NCBI GenBank assembly: GCA_050287845.1
Contig: JBNKCR010000034.1
Location: 32,001 to 96,000, forward strand
Length of the DNA: 64,000 nt
Source of the DNA: Polyangia bacterium
GTDB taxonomy: Bacteria; Myxococcota_A; Polyangia; JAAYKL01
Reading direction: 5' to 3'
A model generated the notes under the pieces. It saw nothing but the letters and a program-made list of their open reading frames with translations, made no database searches and was not told where the DNA came from. A program made the position numbers and the translations under genes. Shown here in pieces: positions 10,071-19,700 of the stretch (positions within the stretch are counted from its first letter, which is position 1; each line of letters opens with the position of its first letter).

Positions 10071-11300
10071 ATGACGCCCAGGTTTTATTTATTGTGTACG
10101 GTGGTGTTTCTGTGGCCGCTATCGGCTTTTTCTCAGGGGAATGAGGCAGAACCGCCGCCGCACACCGGGCCCACGGTGTTGCCGACAGTCGTCCGGGATG
10201 CGGCAGCGAATACCGGCGGTGTGGACAGTGCGGGGGATAACCGCATCGAATCGGCAGAGACTGCAATGACCGGTGCAACGTTGGATGAAAATCGGGTTGC
10301 CGCCAGAAAAGCATATGACGCTGGACGGGAGTTGATACTCAACGGAGATTTCGTTCGGGCCTGCAGTGCGTTTGAGCATGCGCTTTCATTCGTTCGACTT
10401 CCCATTATCCTCTTTGCTGCTGCCCAGTGCCGAAAAGATCTGGGGCACGATGTGGAGGCGTTGTATCTTTTCAGTGGCGCATTGAAAGCGAATGAGCGGG
10501 CCGCGAGGGTACATCCTGAAAGTGACTGTCTGACACCGATACAGGCGGAAGCCGCATTCCGGAATATGGAAGATTTGCTGAAGCGATTTGTACAGGTTGA
10601 ATTTATTGCACCAGAGGGAGATGCTGTGGTCGGCGTTCGGGTAAATGGTGAATTGTTTGGAAATGTTCATATCTTTGCGACGCGGCGCCCCCTGGATGAC
10701 AGAGCGGATGAGGCAGAGGCAGTGTTGTCTTACGGCCCGGGGGGCCCTATCGATATCAATTTAGGTGTGGCAAAGAAGCAGCTGGAAGACATGGGGGCAG
10801 TTCATCCGATACCGCAGAAGTTGTTGGCCGCATGGTGGATGAAACCGGGAAGCTATACGTTTGATTTGCAGTTGAAGAGTGGTCAAAAGATGTTCCTCAA
10901 GCACCAGGAAATCACCGGGCCACACAGTATTATCGATCTGCAAAAAGAAAATTGGCCGGCATATGTGGTTGTGGAAGAAATCCCGCCGAACACCAGGCTG
11001 ATGCTGAAAGGTGTAAACCCACAGACCGTGCTGGTTGATCTGCCCGAACAGACGGAACGAACGCGGAATTTTGAAATTTCGGTGCCTCGTCCGGGGAACT
11101 ATGAGCTGATTGTCACCCGAAAAGGATATCGGGATATTGGGCAGCGCGTAAAAATGGATGCGGGCCAACGGCAGGCGGTGTACCTGGATTTCAGACAGAA
11201 ACCACTCTTTCGAAAATGGCAATTCTGGGTGGGAATTGGTGTGGCAGCAGCCGTGTTTGCCGGCGCGTCAGTGCCAATGGTGTATGCCGCCAGGCATTGA
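10071..11300 (+). CDS. Exported TPR plus PEGA-like protein with C-terminal membrane anchor
   Basis: Signal peptide, TPR-like segment (ARKAYDAG...ACSAFEHAL...ILFAAAQC), PEGA-like PGNYELIVTRKGY, and terminal KWQFWVGIGVAAAV helix. Confidence 0.7.
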   Translation: MTPRFYLLCTVVFLWPLSAFSQGNEAEPPPHTGPTVLPTVVRDAAANTGGVDSAGDNRIESAETAMTGATLDENRVAARKAYDAGRELILNGDFVRACSAFEHALSFVRLPIILFAAAQCRKDLGHDVEALYLFSGALKANERAARVHPESDCLTPIQAEAAFRNMEDLLKRFVQVEFIAPEGDAVVGVRVNGELFGNVHIFATRRPLDDRADEAEAVLSYGPGGPIDINLGVAKKQLEDMGAVHPIPQKLLAAWWMKPGSYTFDLQLKSGQKMFLKHQEITGPHSIIDLQKENWPAYVVVEEIPPNTRLMLKGVNPQTVLVDLPEQTERTRNFEISVPRPGNYELIVTRKGYRDIGQRVKMDAGQRQAVYLDFRQKPLFRKWQFWVGIGVAAAVFAGASVPMVYAARH

Positions 11301-11550
11301 TGCCATCAGAATGAAAACACTTCTGCTGTATAATTTTTAAAATATAAAAATTTGTTGGTTTACAAGTCGTTAAATACGGTTTTCTTGCGGGATGTACTGC
11401 AATTGTTGACTGCGTTTTCTGGGGATAGTGGTAGTGTTCGATGGAACGCCGTATATGGCGTTGGCAAATAAAATTCTCAGACTTGTCCCAGTTTTGACGA
11501 TACCGGGAACTATTATAAAAATTGAAATGCATTTTTTTTGGAGGTGTATA

Positions 11551-13752
11551 ATGAAGAGCTTACTCAGGTTAATTCTTTTACTTTGTCTATTGTTCGGTGT
11601 GGTGTCGTGCGGTGGGGAGAACGAACCATCGGACGATGGCACAAACAGTGACAGCGATTCGGACAGTGACACGGATAGCGACAGCGATTCGGATAGCGAC
11701 AGCGATTCGGATAGCGACAGTGATTCGGATGGCGACAGTGATTCGGACAGCGACAGCGATTCGGACAGTGACAGCGATTCGGACAGCGACAGCGATTCGG
11801 ACAGCGACACGGATAGCGACAGCGATTCGGACACGGACAGTGACAGCGATTCGGACACGGACAGCGACAGCGATTCGGACACGGACAGTGATTCCGATTC
11901 AGATACGGACACCGATTCCGATGCAGACGATCCTTGCGGCGGCACGGGCGTGATTTCAAATTTTGACGATGGGAAGCCATCTGTGAACGATGTCACCAAT
12001 TCCGGACTGAAGAATGCGGAATGGGGCACGTTTGACGATGGTTCCGGTACCATCGATATGGCTGTGGAAGATGGCGGCTCCGGTACCTGCGGCAAAAACG
12101 CTCTGCACGTATCCGGATCCGGTTTCAGTAGCTGGGGGTGCGGTGCGGAGTTCTTTCTGAAGGGAACTTATGATCCGCCCAACAACGTGACCGAACCGGT
12201 GGATCTGGGTGACTATGTGGGGATTCAGTTTGCCGCCAAAGTGGGTTCCAATCATGCCAATCCGGTGCGAATGAACGTGGTGATGCCCGAAACCGAAAGC
12301 ATTGACAATGCGCCCAACAATGGGGGCTCCTGCGATCCCGATGAAGAAGGGTCTGATGCCTGTAACGATCATATGGGCCGTTTCTTCTGGACCGAAGAAG
12401 ACAACCCGAGTCTGGCACTGCCAATGACCGGCGAATGGCAGACATTCACGTTCTGTTTTGACAAAGATCTCTTTCCCCAGTGGCTTCCCAGCAATGTCAG
12501 CGCGGAACAGCGACGTACATTGGCGAAGCGATTTTTGAAACTGCAGTTCCAGTTCAACAAGAGCCTCGATGTGCAGGCAACCGTGTTCAACAGCAGCAAT
12601 CCCACTCTGCATTCCCTCGCTGATCCATTTGATCTCTGGTTGGATGATGTACGGTTGATAAAGGATGCATCACTCTGTGACAACGATCCGACCTCCGATT
12701 GGGAACCAATTAACACACCGGGCGGTTCCTGTGAGATTGCACCGGAGGCAGCCCGATTTAATGGGTTTATCGAAGACCTGTACGAACACTGGAAAGAAGA
12801 GTTCCTCGAAGGGGGACGTGTCATGATGCCGGAACAGATGGGAGATGGGACGACCTCGGAGTCTCAGGGATATGGCATGCTGTTGTCGGTGAGCATGAAC
12901 GATCGGGAGACGTTTGACAAAATCTGGGCGGAAACCCAGACAAAGCTTTCCGGTGGTGTGGTAACCTGGTCCTGGGGTGGCGGTCAGGGCTCTGCGACCG
13001 ACGGTGACGAAGATGTGGCCTATGCCCTGATTCTTGCCGATGCCAGAGGCTGGGGAACCGGCGGTGACGCGGCCAACATGGTCAAGGCAATCTGGAGCAA
13101 TGATGTGAGCGCCGCAGAACCGAGAATCAAGCTGGGCAGTCAATACGATGTCGCATTCAACCCGTCCTACTTTGCCCCGTATTTCTATCGAAAATTTGCA
13201 GACATCGATTCGGGCAACTGGAGTGGCGTCATCAGCAGTGGCTATGGTACGGTTTCTTCGTGTCAGGCCGGAAATGGATTGGTCGCTGACTGGTGCAGTT
13301 TCAGCGGCGATGCGACTTCTGCCAGCAGCGTAGGAGCGCAGGTGTGCGGTGAAGGCATGTGCGGTGATACCGTTTACGCCTATGAGGCCGCCCGAATGGG
13401 CTTGCGGTTGGGCGTGGATGCCTGCTGGGGGTCCGGTTCCAATGCATCTGGCATTCTGGGGGATCTGGTGTCCTTCTTTGCTGACCGTTTTGACGGCGGT
13501 GATTCACTGGGAAAAATGGAAGCCGGTTATCTGCTGACCGGAACTCCCCACAACAGTGCAGTGGAGAATCAGGCATCCTTCATTGGCCCGCTGGGGATTG
13601 CCGCCAAATCCACCGGAGACAGTGGCGTATTGGACAACGCGTTCAGAACCACTATGGATATACTCGAATCACCTCAGTTCAATCGGGTGTATTATTCCAC
13701 GTCGCTGGGCATCATGTCTCTGCTTGAAATGTCCGGTAACGTTCCTCACTGA
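11551..13752 (+). CDS. Lipoprotein glycoside hydrolase family 8 with SD-repeat linker and CBM11-like middle domain
   Basis: GGAGG RBS, lipobox VVSC and (SD)n linker. Beta-sandwich ends [10 protein letters not shown]8 motifs [30 protein letters not shown] and YEAAR. Confidence 0.88.
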   Translation: MKSLLRLILLLCLLFGVVSCGGENEPSDDGTNSDSDSDSDTDSDSDSDSDSDSDSDSDSDGDSDSDSDSDSDSDSDSDSDSDSDSDTDSDSDSDTDSDSDSDTDSDSDSDTDSDSDSDTDTDSDADDPCGGTGVISNFDDGKPSVNDVTNSGLKNAEWGTFDDGSGTIDMAVEDGGSGTCGKNALHVSGSGFSSWGCGAEFFLKGTYDPPNNVTEPVDLGDYVGIQFAAKVGSNHANPVRMNVVMPETESIDNAPNNGGSCDPDEEGSDACNDHMGRFFWTEEDNPSLALPMTGEWQTFTFCFDKDLFPQWLPSNVSAEQRRTLAKRFLKLQFQFNKSLDVQATVFNSSNPTLHSLADPFDLWLDDVRLIKDASLCDNDPTSDWEPINTPGGSCEIAPEAARFNGFIEDLYEHWKEEFLEGGRVMMPEQMGDGTTSESQGYGMLLSVSMNDRETFDKIWAETQTKLSGGVVTWSWGGGQGSATDGDEDVAYALILADARGWGTGGDAANMVKAIWSNDVSAAEPRIKLGSQYDVAFNPSYFAPYFYRKFADIDSGNWSGVISSGYGTVSSCQAGNGLVADWCSFSGDATSASSVGAQVCGEGMCGDTVYAYEAARMGLRLGVDACWGSGSNASGILGDLVSFFADRFDGGDSLGKMEAGYLLTGTPHNSAVENQASFIGPLGIAAKSTGDSGVLDNAFRTTMDILESPQFNRVYYSTSLGIMSLLEMSGNVPH
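11644..11930 (+). repeat. Coding (SD)n low-complexity repeat
   Basis: GACAGCGATTCG-type units repeated. Confidence 0.95.
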
Positions 13753-13796
13753 ATCTATCCATTTTCCCGGAGTCGTGCTGACCGAAACGTCGAAGG

Positions 13797-15167
13797 TTAC
13801 TTTTCCGCGCCGGCATCCCGGGTGCAGGCGATCGTATAAGTGTTGTCCCCGTTCGGTTCTGGCCCCACGATGACCGGAGAACCGGTGCGTTTGTCGATAC
13901 CCCAGTACGCATCCGTACCTGTCACCCTTGTTGCACTGAGGATGACAGACGATGTCGGTGGTCCCCAGTTCAGTTCCTGGGGAAGCCAGGTGTGGAGAAA
14001 CGAATCTGCGCCCAGAAGCGGGCACACGGCGCATGACCCTTCTTCAAAATATGACGGTCCCAGTCCGCATTCAGTGGCCGGTTCATAGTGGTACGCAATC
14101 AGACTCGGATCCTTGTCGTAATCATCAATCACCAGCGATTTGCAATCCGCTTCAGCGCAGGCGGTATCGGTGCATGAGCCGATGTCACACTGTCCGTCGC
14201 TTTCATTGGTTTCGCACCCCCGAATGAGACTTCGAACTTCGTCAATGGTGGCCAAACGCCAGTCCGTGTACCGCTGGCTGTAGTTCAGTTGGCTGCATGA
14301 ATCGGCGGTGAGCTGCGCTTCAGCGATATTCAGGGAAGGCAGGTATTGAAAGCCATTGATGGGCCACATCAGTTGGGTGCTGGAATCCAGACACGCATGT
14401 TTCCCGTCGAAATCGCATTCGAATCCCGGGGTTGGGTGCCATTCATATTTGCATCGACAAGCTTCGGGGGCATTGGCATCCAGAGTGGTTTCCCCATATG
14501 CGATACAACCGTTCAATTCGCTTTCTGCGCCAGTAATCGTCCAACAGGGTGCAACTCCGACAAACGTGGCATCGCCCACGGTCAGGTATACAGGTCTTCC
14601 TTCAGCTTGCCCGAGTCCTTCAATGATTTGCTGGTGGCACTCCTCTTCGTTCCCCTCTCCGCCTCCCACGTAGGTGCAGAATCCCCTGGATTCTTCTGTT
14701 TCGCAGGTTTCCTCGTCGGAATACGTGTGCATTTCCACCCATTGGCAGTCCGCCCAGCAATCGTCGCATTCGAAGTTCACGTGGGCGACAATTTGCGAGC
14801 TGGCTTCGCATTCGTCCGGGCTGGCAGATAGTTCGCAGCGACGCACCCGTTCTTCCAGGGTCAGAACGGGTCGGGTATCGGTTTCAGATTCGAAATCTTC
14901 GCTTGAATCGTCAGTGGGGATATCGATAGTCGAATCTGACTCGGAATCTCCTTGTGCACCCACGGTTGCGCTGTCGGTGACCGAATCTCCTGTGACTGAA
15001 TCGCCCGGAGCGTCGGTTGGAGACGCCGTGTCGGTTGGAGATACCGTGTCGATTCCGGAATCAATGGGCGTTACCGCGTCGGCCTCGTGTTTGAAAGTGC
15101 ACGAAAGCAGACCGAAAACTGCTGTCAGATAAAAAAATGAAAACAGAAGAGGGAATAGCTTTTTCAT
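13797..15167 (-). CDS. Cys-rich lipoprotein with C-terminal DUF1566 (Lcl-like) domain
   Basis: Lipobox LLSC, D/T/S-rich linker, DSSTQLMW and YTDWRLATIDEVRSL. Confidence 0.7.
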   Translation of the reverse strand: MKKLFPLLFSFFYLTAVFGLLSCTFKHEADAVTPIDSGIDTVSPTDTASPTDAPGDSVTGDSVTDSATVGAQGDSESDSTIDIPTDDSSEDFESETDTRPVLTLEERVRRCELSASPDECEASSQIVAHVNFECDDCWADCQWVEMHTYSDEETCETEESRGFCTYVGGGEGNEEECHQQIIEGLGQAEGRPVYLTVGDATFVGVAPCWTITGAESELNGCIAYGETTLDANAPEACRCKYEWHPTPGFECDFDGKHACLDSSTQLMWPINGFQYLPSLNIAEAQLTADSCSQLNYSQRYTDWRLATIDEVRSLIRGCETNESDGQCDIGSCTDTACAEADCKSLVIDDYDKDPSLIAYHYEPATECGLGPSYFEEGSCAVCPLLGADSFLHTWLPQELNWGPPTSSVILSATRVTGTDAYWGIDKRTGSPVIVGPEPNGDNTYTIACTRDAGAEK

Positions 15168-15432
15168 TATGCGCTCCTGTGGATACGGATGGTGTTCCAT
15201 CATTATCAAACATCTGTCTATACACAACAACCGTGCCATGATTGACGACTGATTTCATTCAGCATATCGGCACCGTGAGACACGGTTGCTACACGCCAGG
15301 AGATGTACCGGCGAGTCAGGACCATCCTTGTTTCGGTACATTTTTATTCGGAAGGCGGTTATTTTACCGGTCCAGTAAATGTGATCCAATGAGATTGTTT
15401 TTCTGGCACAGAATGTGTCAGTTCCTCGCGAT

Positions 15433-16035
15433 TCAGAACTGGCTGAAGAAATCCAGTATGGTCTGGGGCGCGGTCTCCCGTGGGTAGTTGTGTCCCTCCT
15501 CCGGATCGGTGTATGTGCACCAGACAACCGGATAGCCTTCGTTGCAGCCGTTGTAATCAACACAGTCAAGACCGGTTGCCGCATAGGTTGCTGAATCGGA
15601 AGTGCATCCGTTTTTTCCAGGCCAGTAGTCCCGGCTCCCTTTCCCCGATGTGATATCCACGGTGGTATCGTTGGTACCGTGAATCACCATGACGGCGAGT
15701 TCGCCCACGCATCCCGGGTCGAATCCACCCCACGATGGACCGCCACCGGATACCGGCGCAATGCCGCGAAGCACATCACCCCGGTGACATCCCAGGTAGT
15801 TGCTGAAAAAACCGCCCATACTGTGTCCGGAAGCAAAAATTCGATTTTCGTCGATACACAGAATTTTTTTCATGTGGGCCACCAGGTCGTCGAAAAAAAA
15901 TAAATCCGTATCGCCATCGGTTATCCAGCGGGTTTCGCCTTCTGCCCCCAGTGCGTCCGGATGCACGGTAATCATTTCTTCCTGCCAGGCGGACAGGGTA
16001 TTTCCATACCAGCGATCTGGCGGATAAATATGGCT
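15433..16035 (-). pseudogene. 5'-truncated alpha/beta hydrolase (CE1 feruloyl esterase / PHB depolymerase-like)
   Basis: IDENRIFASGHSMGG nucleophile elbow, HGTND and GHNYP. The frame stays open upstream of the ATG (SHIYPPDRWYGNTLSAWQEE) only to a stop near 16036-16038. The N-terminal strands and signal peptide are missing. Confidence 0.6.
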
Positions 16036-16112
16036 TCATTATGACATGTCAGAAACCGCTATGGTGAAAAAAGTATGGCGCGATATGGGGAAACGACAAG
16101 GGGAGTGTGGAT

Positions 16113-16487
16113 TCAGACGGCAATCGGGAAAATCTCCGCCCTGGACAATTTTCTGAAATTCCGATAGTTGACTTTCGACGCAGATCGCGACGATGCCTGC
16201 AATTCGATGGTATCGAATGCATCCCCGAGAGTTGCATACAAATCCCGTCCATCTCCCGGACGGGAGGACCTTCGGACAGAGAGCGTTTTGCCGGGAACGC
16301 GGGCTGTAATGGTAACCGCTCTCGGATTCTGGGTTCGATGCTGCTGATGCGGAGAGGATACTGTCACGCAGCACTGAACAATATCACCATGTATTTTTTT
16401 CAGCCTCCGGAATTTGTTCTCTATATATTGGATAAGATGATCCGTGTGGGGCGTGTCTTTGAAGGTTATGGACAAGGCATTTCTCAT
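16113..16487 (-). CDS. HPF/RaiA family ribosome-associated protein
   Basis: ITFK...YIENK...CCVTVSSPH...VPGKTL...DLYATLGDAFD pattern of the S30AE family. GGAGG RBS. Confidence 0.75.
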   Translation of the reverse strand: MRNALSITFKDTPHTDHLIQYIENKFRRLKKIHGDIVQCCVTVSSPHQQHRTQNPRAVTITARVPGKTLSVRRSSRPGDGRDLYATLGDAFDTIELQASSRSASKVNYRNFRKLSRAEIFPIAV

Positions 16488-16759
16488 GGGTTGACCTCCT
16501 TGAATCGCGTTTGTTGCTGAATCTGTTACGTACTCTCAGGATATAACGCCGGTGCCGTGGAATTATTTCCGATATCGTCGGACAAAAATGACGCGCCGGA
16601 CTGGATGCAGCAGCGAGGTGGTCGTACAATTGGCGGGCGCCCTGATTTATATTTCAGATCATATACCTGTCTGTTTTAAAGGGTATTTTCTGGAGCGTTC
16701 CGTGCAAAAGGTGTTACCATGGCATACTTGATGACGCTCAGAAACATTCAAATGCGATA

Positions 16760-19700
16760 ATGGCCAGAAGACTCAGACTACAGAACCGCAAAGATCGCCG
16801 ACGCTTTCAGAGGCCGGTGCGGGAATATACCGATAAGCCGAATTCCAATGGGTTTTCTCTGAAGTTCGCCGGTGGCAGAGGGATCCTGGAATTGTCGGGG
16901 GAATCGATTTTCGATGGGATTACGGTTGAATTGCTGGAAATGGTTATCGATAATATCGCATTTCCGTTCGATGTGTCCCGGGGAGTTTCCGGACTGGCCA
17001 GCCGGCGGCTGAAATTACACCGGATATCAATCGAAGTCGCTCTTGATGCCGTTTCCGGGTATCTGTCTCAACGCATTGCACACAACCCGTGGATGCACGG
17101 GCTGGAGCTGGCTTTCTATGACGATCATATATCGGTTTCTCTGATGTATGGCCCGGTAGAGACGGCCGTTCCATTCAGCTTTCGCCTGATACCGGTTTCC
17201 TGGCAGAATGCTTTTGCGCTGATGATTGACGACGTGCGATGCTATGGGGCAATGCCTGCACCTCTTTTCAGTATCAGCGCCATATGTGCCACCGAACTGA
17301 CGGGCTTCGAGATGGAAGGCAGTTTTGTCATTCCGAAAAATCCCGTGAAGCTGGCGCTGCTGCATCTGCTTCCGGCGAAAGGGTGGCGGTTGCCGTCGTA
17401 TGATGACGTGCAGGTGGAGGAATTTTCCCTGCAGTCGCGTCGGTGCAGTATTTCTTTTAAAGCGGAAAGTGGTTCGGATTCCAGCGGGGATATTTTACGG
17501 ACACTGTTGAGTATGCCCACTCTCAAACGGTTTGAGGAACTTCGTGCCAGCCGGGATGTGGACACGCTGATTGCAAGGGGGATGATGGATGAGGCGCGAC
17601 GTCAACTGTCTGGACAGTTCAATCGGACGCCGGATAATCCGTCGGTGGTGACCCGTCTGGCGATGCTCAACATTCTGGAACCCACACTGCGCAGGGCCGA
17701 GCTCAAGCGCCTGCTGGAAAAACTGTCCGTCTGGCAGAATCGCTCCGACGCTCTTTCAATCGTTGCCCATGGGGCCGCGCTGGATGGTGATGTGGAGATG
17801 GAAATGACGGCGCTGGCACAGCTTTTTGAATCGGGAACCCCCGCCGAAAAGGTGTTGACCGCGCTTCGCATTGCGGAGGTGGTGGGAAATACGGAACCCT
17901 CCCGGGCGATCGGGTTTCTGGAACAGGCAGCCAGCGTGCGACGGGATAATCCGGAGGTGTTGCTGGCTCTGATGGAACTGTATGGGGTGGAGCGGGACAT
18001 TGCCCGTCTCAAAACGGTCATCAGCAGATGGACTGTCATTCACAGTGAGCAGGTGGAACAATCGGCCGCACATCTGGAGGCGGGTCGGGTGCTGCTGAGC
18101 GTATCCGAATGGTATGCCGCGGCAGCGCATTTTGAAAATGTGCTGGTTGCCGATCCCCAGAATGAGGATGCGCAATGGGGACTGGCCGCAGCCCTTGCAG
18201 GCAAAGGGGATGCACCGCGGGCCATCACGGCGTATGAGCAACTGGCCGAGAAAAGTCGAAAAAAGGGCGCAGACCACACCTGGGCGGAAGCGCTTGCTCA
18301 CATCGGCGCACTCTGGCTGGAACAGGAAGAGCCTGAACTGGCGGTATCCAGACTGCAGGAGTCCATCGGTGTGAATCCGGACAGCGTCGTGCAGATGAAA
18401 CTGGCTGAGGCGTTGATAACCCTCGGGCGCTTTGAGCAGGCGGTGATGCATTACGAGGAAGCATTGGAAACCGCGCCCCGCAAAGATGATGCATTTGGAA
18501 AAGGGGCATTGACTCTGGCCAGACTTTTTTTTCAGGAACTTGAAGACTTTGATGCGGCCAGACACTGGATTGAGCAGGCGAAGCGAATTGAAAGCGTCCG
18601 GGCTGAAGCTCTGGAACTCAATATCCAGGTTCTGGAAAAGCAGAAAAAATGGCGGGAACTCGCTGTGGCCCTGGAGCGGAATCTGCTGAAGGAAGGACCG
18701 AATGCCTCCCTGGATACTGTGGCGCGATTGGCCAGAGCCAGAATTGCCGCGGGAGAATTGACCTCGGCTATATCGACCATTGAAAGCGCGTTGGCGCAGC
18801 ATCCCCATCACGCCATATTGCTCGATGTGTATATCGATGCTCTCCGGCGTCACAAAGATCACGACCGACTGGCGGATGCACTGCAGCGACGGGTCGAAAC
18901 CATTTCTTCGGACGAAACGCGGGTGCGATTGTTGACCGAGCTTGGCCAGGTACAGCATGGTACCGGAAAGGTGGCGGATTCGCTGTCGGCCTTCAGGGAA
19001 GCAGTGACACTGGCACCCGGGAATATGACCGCTCGGGCCGGACTGGTCGAAGCGATGCGTGCCACACACGATGAGCGCCTGCCGGATGAGCTGAACCGGT
19101 TGATTGCCATGTACGATGAAGAGGGAGAGGTGACTAAAGTTGCCGAGACCCAGTTCGCACTCGCCGAAGAGTTGTTCCGGGTCGGGGAAAGCCGAAAGGC
19201 GATTTCACTGGTAAAGGAGGCCCTGCCCAGGCTGGGCGGCGGAAAGCGAAAAGGGGCGACGCTTCTGGTCATGGCGCAATCCCTGCTGGCGGAAAAGGAA
19301 TATGCCATTGCCAGAGAAATTCTGGAAGGCATCGAGCCGGATGGCGATGCGGTGGACGGGTTTTCGGTATCGCTGTCGCTGGCCACGGCGTCATATCACC
19401 AGGGGGACTTTGAAATGGCGTACCGATCAGCGGTGGCCGCCGGGTCGGGACCGGTCGCTCTCCGCGGCAAGGCGCTACGGATACTGGTGGATGCGGCGAT
19501 TCATATTGGAAAATTGCGCGATGCATTGGGCGTTTTAAAACGTGTGGCTGAAAATATCGGAGAGGACGAAGCCATGGCGTTACTGGAATACGGCGCGGAT
19601 CTGGCGTGGCGGGAACTGGAAGATATTCGGTTGGCCCGGGATTTTTACGAGAGTATCTTTGCGCTTTCTCCCGACAACGATCGGGCGCGGAATCGATTGA

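Noticed and set aside
15220..15240. Sigma-54 promoter for the DUF1566 gene (TGGCACGGTTGTTGT on the minus strand)
   Set aside because: The -12 element reads GT instead of the conserved GC, which is insufficient support.
17756..19069. Long antisense ORFs (also 33937-35133, 42977-44020 and 50528-51664)
   Set aside because: They lie fully opposite well-supported genes, as is typical of GC-rich codon bias, and carry no motifs.
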